Below are positions 43,799 through 57,692 of a stretch of DNA of 64,000 bases, piece by piece (the first letter of the stretch is position 1; every line of letters begins with the position of its first letter). Source of the stretch: Azolla caroliniana (taxonomy: Eukaryota > Plantae > Polypodiophyta); the NCBI GenBank assembly GCA_043228905.1, contig JBHGNT010000015.1, forward strand, positions 15,066,001-15,130,000, read 5' to 3'. The translations under genes were made by a program, and so were the position numbers. The notes below the pieces were generated by a model, which made no database searches, was not told the DNA's origin, and saw only the letters and a list, made by a program, of their open reading frames with translations.

Positions 43799-46700
43799 TT
43801 ATTCCCCGCCCGTCGGTTCTTCTTCGATTTCGGATCGTCCGTCGTCCCGGTCCAGGTTATCCGGATCCGGCTCGTCGTCGTGACGCTTCTTGAACGCTTT
43901 GATCCGCTTCCCAGCTACCGGTATCGCCATTCTCGTGCCGTCGAGCTCCGCCAGATGGTACGTCCTGTTGTCGTTGGCGCTTTGTACCACGTAAGGCCCG
44001 AACCACCTTCTTGCAAACTTCCGTGTTGCTCGGTGCTGGTTGTCGAGGCTGTTGTCGTAGACTAGCACCCATTTGCCTTCCTCGATCTTCTTCGGTCGGA
44101 GCCGGTGCGTTCAGTCGAACCGGGCTTTGTTCCTCGTCCTTGCCACCCGAAGCTTTTCCGTAGCTTGCTCTACGTCCTCCGGTCTTCGCTTGAGCTGCTG
44201 TATGCGCGCCGCCAACAGTTCCTCCCAGCTCATCTCGTCTCTCCAGTCCACGGTTGCCCATGAGGAGATCGTACGTTCCATCGGCATGATCGGCTTTTGC
44301 CCAAACATGAGCTCTGTCGGCATGAATCCGGTTACCGAACTGTGCGTAGTTCGGTCCGCCCACAACGCGTAAGGCAACAGCCGCGGCCAGTTCCCGACAT
44401 GACCTCCGCATGCCCGAACTAACGCCTTGACAATCGGTCCGTGTCCGCGCTCCACCTTCCCATTCGCCTCCGGATTGTACGCAGTGGTGAGCGAGAGCTT
44501 GACTCCTAGCCGGTCGAACAGCTCCTCGGCCTCTTCGGTGTCTAATTCCCCGCGATCAGCCACGATCTTCCCGACGCACCCGTACCGGCATATCACGTCC
44601 TCAATCAGGAACCGACATACAGCCGCGGTCGTTTTGTTCTGAAGGGCTCGGCCTTCCACCTGGTTCGTCAGATCTTCCCGAGCCAGGACCAGATACCGCA
44701 TCTGTCCTACTCCCATCGGCATCGTCACCAGGTCTACCATCCATTTGAAGTGGATGGTCGGAGGGTACGTAGGGTGAAGCTCGTCCCGGTGTCGGACTAT
44801 GGAGTGCATCTGACAGCTCTCGCAAGTTGTCACGAACCGATGCACGTCCCGGTAGAGTCCCAGCCACCAGTACTTCCCCTTTATCTTCTCGAACGTGGCC
44901 CACGTTCCACGGTGTCCGGCCCAAGGGCTGTTGTGGTAGGCCGTCAGCAGCTCCTCCTATTCTTCCTTCATCGCCACCATCCGGAGCGGGACGTCGTTCC
45001 TCTTCTTCGGGTGCTTCCATAAGTATCCGTCCCGGAGGAAGAATCGGTAAGCTTTCTTCCAGATCCGGTTGGCCTCGTCCTTCGCCCATGACGCATCCGG
45101 CGTCATCGTCCTCAAAAATCCACCGATCTGGAGCCACTCGCCATCGTACTTGCTCTCGTCGAAGTCGTTAAGTGCCGGAGTGCTCGTCCCATCGGTCGTC
45201 ACATACGCCGCCTCGAAGAAGTCCACACCGACTTCTTCGTCCTCCGAAACCATGCCGCCCTCGTTATCAAACCTCGCCCTCGAAAGCATGTCGGCCATGG
45301 CGTTGTCCTTTCCGGAAATGTGTCGTATTTCCGGATCCAAGGACTTGATGTACGCTATCCACCTGAGCATCGCCAGGTCCGGTGTCGCGCATCCGGAAAC
45401 CATGCCGAGAATTGGCAGGCAATCTGTCTCGATAATCACTTCTGTCCCGATCAGGTAGTCTTTGTCGGCCTTTACTGCCGAAACGATACCCCAGAGTTTG
45501 CGTTTAACCTGGGCGTACCCTCGCTGTCGCTCACTGAGGACCTTCGCGCCGAATCGGATCGGGAACGGAATGTCGTCCTTGTCTTCTTGGTTGACGACCC
45601 ATCCGATCCCGGTCGGACTCGTATCCACCGTTATGTATACTGGGGTACCCTTCTCGTAGACAGCCTTCCGGAGCGCCGGTGCTGCCGCAAGAGCTTCCTT
45701 TAGCTTCCGGACCGACTCCATGTGCTCGTCTCGCCACTCGAATTTCCGCCCCTTCTTCAGCAACCCGTATAGCGGCTCCGCAACGTGGGCGTAGTGCGGG
45801 ATCCATATGTGGTAGAATGCGCATGGCCCCAGGAACCTCCGAACTTCCGTAACCGAGCTACAGTCGGTCTTCATCGCGGAGATGGCTTCTACCTTTGCCG
45901 GAGACGGCTTCCAGCCATACGGTCCACACAGGTGTCCGACCACCAGGATTTCTGATTGCCCGAAGGCCGATTTCTCCCCGGAGAAGGTGAGCCTCGCATC
46001 CTCTAGCCTTTGTAGCACCTTCTCGCAGTCGTCGATGTGTGTTGCCACGAATCGCCGGCATCCGTCCGGCCCGACTGTCTCGTCCTTCTCTTCCACCGGG
46101 CACCCCTTAATCGGAATGTCGTCCAGAAATGGCATGGTGATGTCCGGGATGCAAGCCCTCAGTACCTTGTTCATTGCATTCACCATGTGGGCCACCGAGT
46201 TGGTCCCTCCTTGCGGCAGGGTACACATTCGCACTAGGCCGAGGGGAGTTCGCATCGTCGTAATGTCTCTGCTCTCCACGGCTAGCTGGAACTGGTCGTA
46301 CCCCGAGTACAGATCACCGACCGAGTAAATCGACCTTCCGGCGAAGGCCTCCGCGAACTCGTCTATGGTCGGTCCGATTCCTGCATTCCGAATGGTCACT
46401 CTATTGACCGGCTGCAAGTCCTGAATGAAGCGCAATGTTCCGTTTTTCTTCGGTACGGTAAACCATCGGTTCGAGTATGGGGCACTCGACGGTTCGAGAA
46501 TGCCCATATCTACTTTCTGCCTCAATAGCTCCGTCAACTTCGGGATGTGAGCTCTCGGTACCGGAATCGGCTTGAGATTCCACAGCACATGCGGTACCGT
46601 GAATATCACCATCGGCTCCATGATCGTCGGGTCTACGCACCCGATCTCTTCCGGTGAGAATGCGAAGGCTTTTCCATGCCTTCCGAGCATCCTCCGAAAC

Positions 46701-47759
46701 CGGTCTTCCTCCGCCGGCAGTAGGAACCCGCCCCCACCGATTTTGAGCTCCCGGAGCGTCCCGTCGGTGAAGGTGTGTCCTATGCAGGCCGAATCTCGTA
46801 AACTGGGGTCCGACGCAACCCCTCTGATCCGGGACTCGCTGCCCTCCAGTAAGGGTGCCGCGACTGGCCTTACCTTCCGGTCCACAGTCTTGTACTTTGT
46901 GTTAACTCGAGCCGCCCGATCCAACCCGAGCCCCCGACTGAAGTTCGCGATGACTTCGTACATCTCTTCGGAACATACCAGTATCGTCCGGTCTTCGTTA
47001 AGGTCTTCTCCGGTTACCTTCCTCAACATTCCCAAGGTGTCGTCGAAGGAGACCGCCTCCACGGCTCCGCTGATTTCCTCGTCCGGGCCGAGAACTCTGC
47101 ACACTCGAAGTCGCACTTCCGCCCTTGTCTTTTCTCGGCCAACGATGCCGACTATCATACACCCTCCGTTGTTGGAGAAGCAAAACTTCCTACCTATCGT
47201 ACAGGGTTTCTTCGGTTTTGGTTCTATCGTACAGCTGTGGGGTCTTTCCCGAGTGTCCGGACTGTCTCGGCCCCACGCCTTGGCAGCCCTCTCTAAAAAT
47301 CCTCCCGGTTCTCGCCACCGAGGGATTCGCGGTTTCGCTCGTGGTTCGGTTGCACCGTCAGAAACTGGACCGAATGGCGCCCGTCCTGGCTTTTGACCCT
47401 CGCGTAGGCTGAACCGTTGTCCAGCACTTTGGTCTCCATCCGCGCCGCCGTGATGTATGGTTCCCCTAATGTGACCGGGTGCGAGGACGTCTCCTATACG
47501 AAGAAGTGCTGGTCAATCTCGACGTCGCCGATCTTGACTCGCATGTTCGGGCAGGCCCCATGCAGTTCCTCGGTGGCGCGCGTCGCCGCCCGTATCTTCC
47601 ACCCGTGCTTGGTGTTGATCGGCCACTTTCCCTTCTTATAGAAGTCCATGGACATCAGGTTAATTTCCGAACCGTGGTCCACCAATGCCACCACCGGTTC
47701 CTGAACATTTCCGATCTTCACAGGGGTCTCCGTGGTCGCTCGGGCCCAGTGCGGCCTTG
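43799..47759 (-). pseudogene. pol: Gypsy Pol (protease, RT, RNase H, integrase), disrupted
   Basis: ALVDHGSEIN; RFIQDLQPVN, DLYSGYDQ, LPQGGTNS, PFLDDIPIKG; VDTSPTGIG, ETDC, NAMADMLSR; H..H/CESC, WMVDLV, IVADRGE, PEANGKVERG, WFGPY; no chromodomain. Confidence 0.9.
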
Positions 47760-50700
47760 TGTTGGAGACAAAGTCGTCTGTGCGGAAGATCAAGTAGCAT
47801 TAGATTGTGTTCTGAATACCTGCGTATGACAGTTTGTAGGTCGTTGCACAGAGAGAGAGAGAGACAGAGACAGAGAGGCACAAAAGACTCCTTATTCCAT
47901 AAAGCAAATAATACAACACCCAACCTTACAAAAAGGTTACAAGGTCACTATATATAGTGACCGACTTAGGGCAACTACCCTTTATGCTAATTACATAAAT
48001 GGCCAAAACGGGATAGTGTGAATACGTCCATTATACACATGTATTCGACACTCCCCCGTAATGGGCGTATACATGGGTTATCTAAGATTACAGGTATAGA
48101 CTTAGGTTCTCGGACATATCAGCTTTGTTCGAGTCGGCAGGGTCCGAAGGCAGAAGACCGAACTGGTCGGGTCGGAACAGTTGAAGCCGATCATTAAGGA
48201 ACTGATGTCGGTTGTCGAGAACCATCCTGCTCTGTGTCCGGCTCTAACCGGACTGGTTTGTCGTTACGCCCATCTGATGCCGAAGAGACCGAAAACGGTC
48301 TGCCGAAAGACATTTGGTCATTCCATCTGCGACATTGTCGGTTGTGGATATTTTCTCTAGACCGATTTTCCCTGAAATGACGCAGTCCCGAACGAAGTGA
48401 TATCGAACGTCGATATGTTTGGAGGCGTTGTGGTGAACCGGATTTTTCGACAAGGCAACAGCACCTTGACTGTCGCTGTAGACAACTGGAGCCGAGTCAT
48501 GGTCGACTTGTCGAAACGTGTGCGCCAGCCGACCGAGCCACAAAGCTTCTTTTGCTGCGTCGGACGCAGCTACATATTCTGCTTCGGTCGTTGAGGTCGC
48601 TGTGCACTCCTGAAGTTTCGACTTCCACGAGATTGCTCCATTGCCGAATTTGAAGCAGTATCCGGTTGTTGATTTCCGACTGTCTATACAGCCGGCGAAG
48701 TCCGAGTCGGTGTAACCGACTACGCCTGAGGTTCGGTTCGGACCGAAAAGAATGCCGTGGTCTTTTGTGCCAGCCAGATATCTGAACACATGCTTGACTG
48801 CGTTCCAATGCGATCGGCCAGGATTGTGCATAAATCTGCTAACGACTCCTACGGCGTGAGAAATATCAGGCCGTGTCGCGACCATCAGGTACATAAGGGA
48901 GCCGACTGCCGGTGCATACGGTACCGACTTCATATCTTCCCCCTCCGGACCGGATGTCGGGCAGTCTCGCTGAGAGAGCCGAAGATTCATGGGGAGCGGG
49001 GTTGAAGCAGATTTGGCTGATTGCATGTTGAAGCGTTCTAAGACACGTCGGGTATAGTCGGTCTGAGACAAAAAAAGATGTCGTTTATCGCGATGCCGAC
49101 TAATCTTCATGCCAAGGATGTGTCGTGCCGGACCGAGGTCCTTCATGGCAAACTTCAACCGCAGTTGCCGAATGAGATCGGCAAGTTCGCCCGCGTGGCG
49201 TCCAGAAATTAGCATGTCGTCCACGTAAATGATGAGGAAGATGGGTGATCCATCTTGAGCTGTGTTGGTAAAGAGACAATGGTCCTCATCGCTTTTTGAG
49301 AAGCCGATCGATTGGATGAAGTCGTCGAACTTCTTGTACCATTGTCGCGGTGCCTGTTTGAGGCCGTATAGACTCTTCCTGAGTCGGCAGACTAGATGTT
49401 CTTGGCCAGTTGCCACGAAGCCTTTTGGCTGCTCCATATAAATTTCCTCTTCAAGATCACCATGGAGGAATGCTGTTTTGACATCTAGCTGAATCAGCTC
49501 CAAGTTGTCGGCTGCCACTACGCCGAGTAGAAAACGGAGGGTTGTCATTTTCACCACTGGTGAAAAAATCTCGTCGAAGTCGACGCCATATTCTTGTCGG
49601 AAGCCCTTCGCAACTAATCTGGCCTTGTACTTTGGGGTGGTCGAATCAGACGTCTCTTTTAGTCGATAAACCCACTTGCAAGGAAGAGCACGTCGGTTCC
49701 TAGGTAATTCAACCAGATCCCAAGTCTTGTTTGCCCGAATGGAGTGCATTTCCGACTCCATCGCCAGATGCCAGGTGGCTGAATCGACAGATGTCGATGC
49801 TTCTTCGTAAGACGTCGGTTCGCCGGCGTCGGTGAAGAAAATTCCAGGAGAATACCTCTCCGGAGGTTGCGACAGTCTCTCGGATCGTCGAGGTAAGATT
49901 GGACTGGTCGCATCGGGTATCAAGGTCGGATGGTCCGAAAGCGGATTGTTCTGCTGTGCCGAGTCGGGGTTGTCCGAGTCGGTAGTGTAAGGTTCAGCTA
50001 CCCGTGAAGCTGACCGTGTGTTGAGAGCGGGGCCTTCTTGAAGGGTCGGCACATCGGAAAATGTTACCCTTCGGACTTCGATCGGTTTTTCGACTGATGG
50101 ATTCATAGCCGACTCGTTGAACACAACGTCCGAACTTCGAACGATTTGTCTGCGTTCGGGGTCCCAGAGTCGGTATCCCATTTCGCCGTCGGATCCATAT
50201 CCAAGGAAAATGCATTTCCTGGACCGAGGTGCAAGTTTTCGGCGATCATCTTTCGGAATAAGGGCGTACGCCTCGCATCCGAAGATCCTCAGCTTGTCGT
50301 AATTCGGCTTACTGCCGATCCATAGTTCCTGAGGAATTTGAAGTCCTAGAGGTCTACTTGGCGACATATTGATTATGTGTACTGCCGTGAGTAGAGCCTC
50401 TGCCCAGAAGCCATCCGACAGTCCGGAGTGTTGGAGCATGGAAACTGTCCGTTCTTGGATTGTCCGATTCATGCGTTCGGCAATCCCGTTTTGCTCCGGA
50501 CTATGTGGTGCCGTAAATTCACGTCAGATGCCGCGTTGTCGGCAGAATTTGACGAATTCTTCGGATTTAAACTCTCCCCCATTGTCTGTCCGAAAGCATT
50601 TCAGCTTTCGGTCGGTTTGATTTTCTACCATAGCGAGCCAATCGGTGAAGATCGAGAAGACCCGATCTTTGGTGCGAATTGGATAAGCCCACACCTTTCG

Positions 50701-53222
50701 AGTCGAATCGTCAATAAAAGTGACGAAGTAAGAGGCACCGCCGAGAGATTGATGCGGCATTGGGCCACAGACGTCCGAGTGGACCAAATCGAGAGGTCTC
50801 GTTTCTCTTGGTGCTGATGTCGGGTGTGATGCGGCTGCTTGTTTGCCATACTGGCAATGCTCGCAGAATTGATGGTCCGAGAAGGAGAGTTTGGGGATGT
50901 ATCCGGCTCTAGATAGGTGCGTGATGCCGGCCTTGCTGAGGTGTCCTAATCTTCGGTGCCATAGTGATGACACAGGAATATCCACCAAAAACAGGTTACC
51001 CTCTCTGAGCGTAACATGTAACGGATACAGGGAGTGTATCTTGGGTCCTCTAGCAAGCAGGAGATTCCCCCTGTGGAGTGTTCACCCTCCCGAAGAAAAA
51101 CCGGCACGAATGCCGTCTTCATCTAGTTGTCCGACTGAGATCAATGGCCTTGAGAGCTCGGGTACATGTCGGACATTGTGGAGTACAAGTGTAGAGCCAC
51201 CTACAAGGTTGAGCTCTACTGTGCCGATTCCGATGATGTCACAGTGTTGTGAGTTGCCGACTCGAACTGAGTCAGAGTGACGGATCGTATATTGCCGAAA
51301 TTGGGATCGATGAGGAGTCACGTGAAATGACGCGCCCGAATCTAAGAGCCATGTGCTCGATTCTTCAGTCATGAGTAGAACTTCTGATCCGACTGGATTT
51401 TCGATTGATAGTATATTCGGGTCGTCCGGTAGTACATCAGCTGAGAAGCTGACGTAATTGATCTCCTCATGCCGGCCACTCTTCTTGTTGTTCTTGTTCT
51501 TGAGTGCGCGGCAGTCGGCTTTGATGTGTCCGGGTTTCTTGCAATAGTTGCAGATTCGGTTATCCCGTGACTGGCTCCGTCTTCGCTGATTGTTCGGCGG
51601 CCGTGAGGAATCCCTTCCTCGTATGTTCGATCGGTCTGTCGAACCTTGTACTACGTAAGCGTCGTCTGTTGAGTCTTTGGCGAAAGACTTTCTCTGAGCT
51701 GCTTCGGTCAGGATTGCGCTCGTGACTTCGGAGTATTTAACAGCCGTGGTTGACGCGTTGCACACGGTTGTGACGAAAGTTTCCCATGATGAGGGAAGGC
51801 TGCTCATGAGTATCATTGCTCTGAGTTCATCCTCGATTGCCGTCCCCTGTGACGAGATTTGGGAGCTTATGCTTTCGTACTCATTGAGGTGTGCTTGAAC
51901 CGAATCGGATTCTTTCATCCGCAAGTTGTAGAGGCGCCGGATCAGAAACATCTTCGTTGCGGCGACCTTCTTTTCGTAAGTGTCCGACAGTGTTTTCCAC
52001 AGTTCGAATGCTGTCGTACACGATTGCACCGTAAAGTATACCGATTCCGATAGGTGCATCCGAATCGTGGCGCGGACAATTCTGTCCAGCTTCTGCCACT
52101 CAATTGGTTTGTATCCTTCTGGAGGTTCTTCATTTTCGATGGGATCGATTTGCCCCTTGACTATGAGATAGTCCTGCATTTGTTCCTTCCAGAAGTTGAA
52201 GTTCGATCCATCGAACTTTCGTAGACTCATTTCTGACGAGCCGGATGTTGATGCCATCAAGTTCGGTTTTGGTTGACGAAGCTCGGTTCGGAGTTGACTA
52301 TGAACCTTGTTGGAGTGCAGCCGGTTGGCTCACCCGATATCGTTCTAGTCAGATTTGAACCCGAGTCGGTTCGGCTTCGGAACTTGCTCGAATTGACTCC
52401 GGTAACTTGAGGGACAGAACCGACTGGTCTTCCCGAATGTTGCCGAGTCGGAGTGAGCCCGGTTCGCTTCGGATATATATGCCGAATACCGATTATTGAA
52501 ACCGATTATCTGGACCGATTCGGCTTCGGGTGACTGCAGCGACGAGAGAGATGGATCCAACTGATCCTCTCGAATGTCGATCAGCCGGATGAAGCACGAA
52601 TTGGGGTTGTTGTCTTGAGACCGATCTGCACCGAGTGGTTACAACGAGCGGCGAGCAGCGTTTAATGACCTCTTCGGATGCCGTTTAACCGAATGGAGCA
52701 CGATCGTGTCAAAGTGGCACAAGGGGATTTCACCTCGAGCGGTTACGATCACAAGGAACGGAGTACAACCTGCTGGCTTACTCCAAGCAAAGATGATCTA
52801 ACGCGATGAGATGCAGGCCTCATTTTTTTCTTCTTCTTCTCTCTTCTTCGAATGACGCAGGAAACCGAATGCTGAGACGACGGCCGACAGCGGATTGAAG
52901 GACCGACTACTGTGCAGGCTCTGATACCAGATGTTGGAGACAAAGTCGTCTGTGCGGAAGATCAAGTAGCATTAGATTGTGTTCTGAATACCTGCGTATG
53001 ACAGTTTGTAGGTCGTTGCACAGAGAGAGAGAGAGAGAGAGACAGAGAGGCACAAAAGACTCCTTATTCCATAAAGCAAATAATACAACACCCAACCTTA
53101 CAAAAATGTTACAAGGTCACTATATATAGTGACCGACTTAGGGCAACTACCCTTTATGCTAATTACATAAATGGCCAAAACGGGATAGTGTGAATACGTC
53201 CATTATACACATGTATTCGACA
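47760..53222 (-). mobile_element. Young full-length Tork/Tnt1-like copia element
   Basis: 291-bp LTRs 47760-48050 and 52932-53222 (2 differences seen); TSD CCTTG; PBS-Met 52918-52929; PPT 48051-48060. Confidence 0.97.
48244..52257 (-). pseudogene. Copia Gag-Pol with two premature stops (51082, 50524)
   Basis: FDGSNFNFWK, CNYCKKPGHIKADC, WLLDSGAS, HSDVCGP, RTDNGGEF, IIYVDDM, HIDVRYHFVR, all in one frame; TGA at probable W and R codons. Confidence 0.92.
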
Positions 53223-53227
53223 CCTTG

Positions 53228-54865
53228 AATAGTGGCTCTCCGCCCACTCATCTTCCAGCGCCATGTCGTCGATGTGCGTCGTCCGCACCTCCACCGGTCT
53301 CTCCGGTTCCGTCTCACCAGATCCACAATGGAGTCGTGGAACTTCTTCTTGGCGATCCCTAGCACCTCCCGCAATGACAGCTCCACTTTGATGTCGAGGA
53401 TCCGTTCTTCTAAGACCTTTCATAGGTCCGTAGTCCTTTCTATTTCCGTCCCCAGTTGGTATCCGCCCTTCCTGGGATTATCTTGCGCGCTGGACCCGCT
53501 GGCATCGTTCCGTCGTTGCCCGAATTGGGTCTCGTACCGTTGTGAGGGCCCGGCCGCTCCGGCTTTCCCCACTCGTTTGTCTTCTACCAGAGCCTCGTAG
53601 TTCCGGCAGGCGGCTTCTACGAAGCCCGTCTTCTCCTCGACCGGGTCGCTCCACCCGGTTACTTCCCGGACCCGTCTCTCAGCGCGGTCCGCTTCGTCTT
53701 TCCTCAACCGTGCGCCGGCGAGGCCTTCCAGCATTGCCGACCAGAATCCGTCTTTGCTCTCCATTCGGGCCTCGCTGCCCCCGACCCGAATGCCGGCCGA
53801 TGCCGAATAGTGGATGGCCTCCACGTGTCGGGCCGCTACTTCTTCCATCAGTCTCTTCATACCTCCTCGCCCGTCGTTTCGGTTTAGGGCCCTTCTGGTG
53901 TCGCCGGCATGCACCCGGCCTTCCCACAAGTACACCACCCGGTTCCTCAACGCCTCTGCGAAATCGCCGCAGTCCTTCCGAATGTGGCTGACCTCGTCGC
54001 ACCACATGCACCTGTTCCCTGCTGCCGGCCGTCGGTCACGAGCCGGTTCGCCGCCTTCCCTTCGAGTTTGGGCGATCTGGAGATCCTTTATCGCCCGTGT
54101 CAACTCCTCCAGCGCTGCTCCTCCGGACGAGCCATTGACCATGCCGGTCGAAGCCGGACCGGTTTCGAGCCATTCCCGGGTTTCTTCCCTTCGCCCTTGC
54201 GGTGCCGGTTCAAGCCTCCTCGCTGTGACAGAGCCCGCACCGGCTGCCCCGTTGTCAGCCCATTCCCGTCGTTTGTCGAAACGGCCACAGACTCTCTTGA
54301 CCGCAGCCCAGTCGGTCGTCAGCCCGTCTTCGGTTTCCAGCAAGGAGCCGACTTGATCCCGGTCCCGCTCGTCCACCGACCTGACGAACAGTAGGACCCG
54401 GCTCGTATCCAGAACGGTTCGGTCAAGCGCCGAAAGGCGCGCAAAGCGTTCTTCGAACTCCCGGAGGAGTGCTGACGCGTTTCTTCCCTTGCCGGGGGAC
54501 TCCACCCATTCCATGAAGTCCCTTTTCGAAAGCCGGAGCGCGTCGTCCAGCCCGTATTTCTCTAGGAGTCGGCCTTCGAACTCCTCCCAGGTACGGCTCT
54601 CCGCCCGTACCTCGAGCACCTCCGCATGGATGCTCGGCATCGCCACTCGAGGGAACCCGGAAAGAAGCCTCTCTTCCAGAATGTCCCGCATCAGCATTTC
54701 TGCCCCGTAGGACGCCAAATATTTCGTGGCATCCTTTCCACTGAACCGGTCGATCGTACCGACGACCACCTGAATGGCTCTGTCGAGGGCGCCGGAGCCC
54801 TCGCGTGCGCTCAATATCTGATCCACGGCCGAAGCCATGGCCTCCGCAAGATTCGACCCTTTCAT
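53228..54865 (-). pseudogene. gag: Gypsy Gag with CCHC knuckle (stop at 53420)
   Basis: CMWCDEVSHIRKDC; homologous to the Gag at 1-1279; reading continues past the stop as KVLEERILDIKVELSLREVLG. Confidence 0.85.
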
Positions 54866-56550
54866 CTTCTGCTCTTCTGCCGCCTCCTTCACGTCGGGTT
54901 CACCAAGATGTCGAGGTATTCCTCGCGGATGCGTGGAATGAGGCGGGACCTCGGGGCTCTTGTACCAAAGAGCAAGAGAGAAAGGAGAAGGGAAGAGGTC
55001 CACTAGGTGCGAGCGTAGATCCACAGGGACACGGCCCTTCGACACGAAGACGCGAGTGGGAAACCAACACAGAGAGGCACGAAGGAATGTATGTGTATAT
55101 TAACAGAGACAAACAACAAAAACCGAACAGGCCGGCGAACAGGTGCCGATGCTTGTTCGTAAATGCACAGAAAGAAAGAAGTAGGTTGGAGGTGTTGCCG
55201 GAAGCACTCGGGCATTCCTCAGAGCAGCGCGAGCCTCCCGAAACCTGCACAGAAGGAAGCTATGGAGTTTGGAAGAGAGAGAAGCCTTCGGCCCACAATC
55301 CGACAACACTTCGTCCTCTCTCACTTCGCGATCCCGCGCCCCTCCTCATCTCCCTCCTTTTATAAGCAAGGAAGGAGCCGTTTCCCATTAACTCCCTACC
55401 TACCGAATCTACCTGCCTAGGATCTTCTATGTACAACATAAGGCGCACGTGTATGAAGAGCCGGTTCCTACGCTCCGGTGCACCGATTCCGCTTGTGGAC
55501 AGTTTTCTTCACGACAACGAGCTTTCACACAACAAAGGCAACCAACTTGACCCAAAATCCCTGCAAAAACAACAACGACAGTGGAGGAGAGAGCTCGGTT
55601 CTCAATCCGACAGCACTTCGTCCTCTCAAAACGCGCGATCCGGTACTTAGCCCTTTTCCTCTCCTTTTAGAGCATAAGGAGACAGAGTCGTTACAGATTG
55701 TTCCATCACTTTTATTCTCTGTCCTAGCGGACAAAGATCCTATTCGATTCCCTTCCTAATGAATTTGTGCTACCTAGGATATTTACGTCGCCTACCTGTA
55801 CTTAACTATGTGAATACATCAAAACATGTGCCCGTGTGTAAGGGCCAATTTACGCACACTATCCACCGATTCCTCATAGGGACGGTTTTCTCAATGATCG
55901 CGGTGTCGACATCATTCATCTTGAGGATAAACATCCTCCCTTCTCTTCACCCACGCGCGATTATCTAGCCTTTGTCTTCAATGAAACAGTTGTGATGAGT
56001 CAACTAGCCTTGCATGCCCTGGTCAACAATTTGTCCGACCATCACCAAGTTCTTGGTGATCGTTGATACATGAAAGACGTTCTTCATTATCCCTCTCTGG
56101 CCAACATGGCTCAGAGAGACATCTCCAATATGTTCGATGGGGTGAGGAGTGTCATCGCCGGTTTCGATGACCCCAGCTATTTTGGCTTCTCAAGATAGGA
56201 GAACCATTCCTCATGGTTCGTCATGTGATTGGAAGCACCAGAATCCACATATCACACCTCGTTGGATTTCAAGGTGCTTGCCGCCATAGATTGAACCTTG
56301 TGCTTCATGATGAAGGCGGGACTCATTCCGGCTCGCTTTGAGCTTTCTGCAAAGTGTGATCTCTGACGCCTATTTGCATGAGCATGGCTCGATCCAGCTT
56401 TGTCCGAATAAACTCTATTCTTCCAACATTCACTTTCTTTCTGCCCCTTCCATCCACAATACCAACAGTTCATCACGATCTTTCTTTGCTGGCTTCCGGC
56501 GCGGCCTTGACTCCCCTTGCTCGTCGAGGGTCTGGGGCTGATGTCGGCAC

Positions 56551-56795
56551 CATAGTATGAACCATACATACCATACGTACATTCGCATTCGCATTCACCC
56601 TCAAAGAATGATAATTACCATACTTTTGGATTAACTATTTATTATGAGGTAAATAATCCTACAAAATGAAAAAAACATTACAAAATGGGAAAAAAACAAA
56701 AAAAAACACGAGAATGTTCGAATAACATTCGCATTCGTTTTCCAACGTAGGAAAACGAATGTTATGCTAGAAGAACACGAATTTTACGTACTATG
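56551..56795. mobile_element. hAT-type MITE (245 bp) inserted in copia gag
   Basis: Termini CATAGTA.../...TACTATG; 8-bp TSD GTCGGCAC / GTCGCCAC (7/8); AT-rich insert interrupting gag. Confidence 0.85.
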
Positions 56796-57692
56796 GTCGC
56801 CACCACTTCTATGCCTTCAGTCCTGCTCTTGTCAACCACCTCCATTGCGTGCCGACCCACCTCGTCCGCCACGACCATGGGGCCTATCCGCCTCCGTGTA
56901 CAATATCTTGTTGTCGACGTGCGCGCTCATCGTCACACCCACGTGGTTTTCTTCAACAAGCAACATTGATTGTAGCTCAAAGAGCGACGATGTGTTCTCT
57001 CTCATGCAGACCATCGTTCGGAATGATCCGAATCTAGAAGACAACCCTCTGAGACAGACCTGCACCATTTCATCCTCCTAGACGGTCACGTTGATGGAGG
57101 CAAGGGAGTTGCAAATCTCCTTGATCTTGGAGGTGTAGTCGGCCACCGACATGCCTCTCTATCGGACATTTCTCAGCTCTTGTTTGAATTGTGGCTTCCT
57201 AGCCCTCATGCTTGTTGCAAAGATCCTCTTCAGGTTTGTCCAAGCATCTTTCGATGTCTTGGCATCTTGGATGTAGCTAAGTGGCTAATCGCCAAGACTG
57301 GATGTGAAGCAGTACATTACTCTCCTTGCCACTTGCTCCCAAGCCGGAAAGTCCATGTGTGTCACATATGGTGCTGCATGATTCGCTCCTTCACCGTAAC
57401 TCTAGTACCCGTGCCCAAGCAAGTATTAGTGCATCTTATATGACCAAGATGAATAGTAGCTCCTATCGAGCTTTTCTGTCAGAAGTGAGTTTCCCATGCC
57501 TAAGTCCATGTTCCTGTCTTTTCTGCTCTAGAAGACGAAAGATTGTGTCTGCATTTGTTTGCGTGTCTATTGCAAATGATTCTTTTAACCCTCACGCTCT
57601 GATACCATGTAGAAAGATACATGTGCGGAAGCTTATGTGCGAGCATAGCCAGCTCGGTCGGACAATTGAAAGCAAACAGTTAGGAAAACACA

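Larger units (their letters stand above)
43101..55516 (-). mobile_element. Full-length non-chromovirus Ty3/gypsy element, tRNA-Trp primed
   Basis: LTRs 43101-43725 and 54909-55516 (highly similar, 17-bp indel); PBS 54888-54905; PPT GGTTAGGTGGGGGCAGA 43726-43742; domain order gag-PR-RT-RH-INT. Confidence 0.93.
42860..55898 (-). mobile_element. Old gypsy solo LTR split by a younger relative (42860-43100 and 55517-~55898)
   Basis: Shares AGGCGGGACC..GAGCA.GAGAGA, CCGGAAGCAC and ACTTCGTCCTCTC blocks with the young gypsy LTR; copia sequence resumes on both sides. Confidence 0.65.

Noticed and set aside
3574-52257. Premature TGA/TAA stops rescued by U-to-C RNA editing or readthrough
   Set aside because: Such editing is organellar. 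Several stops derive from TGG, and the pattern fits methylcytosine deamination in nuclear TEs.
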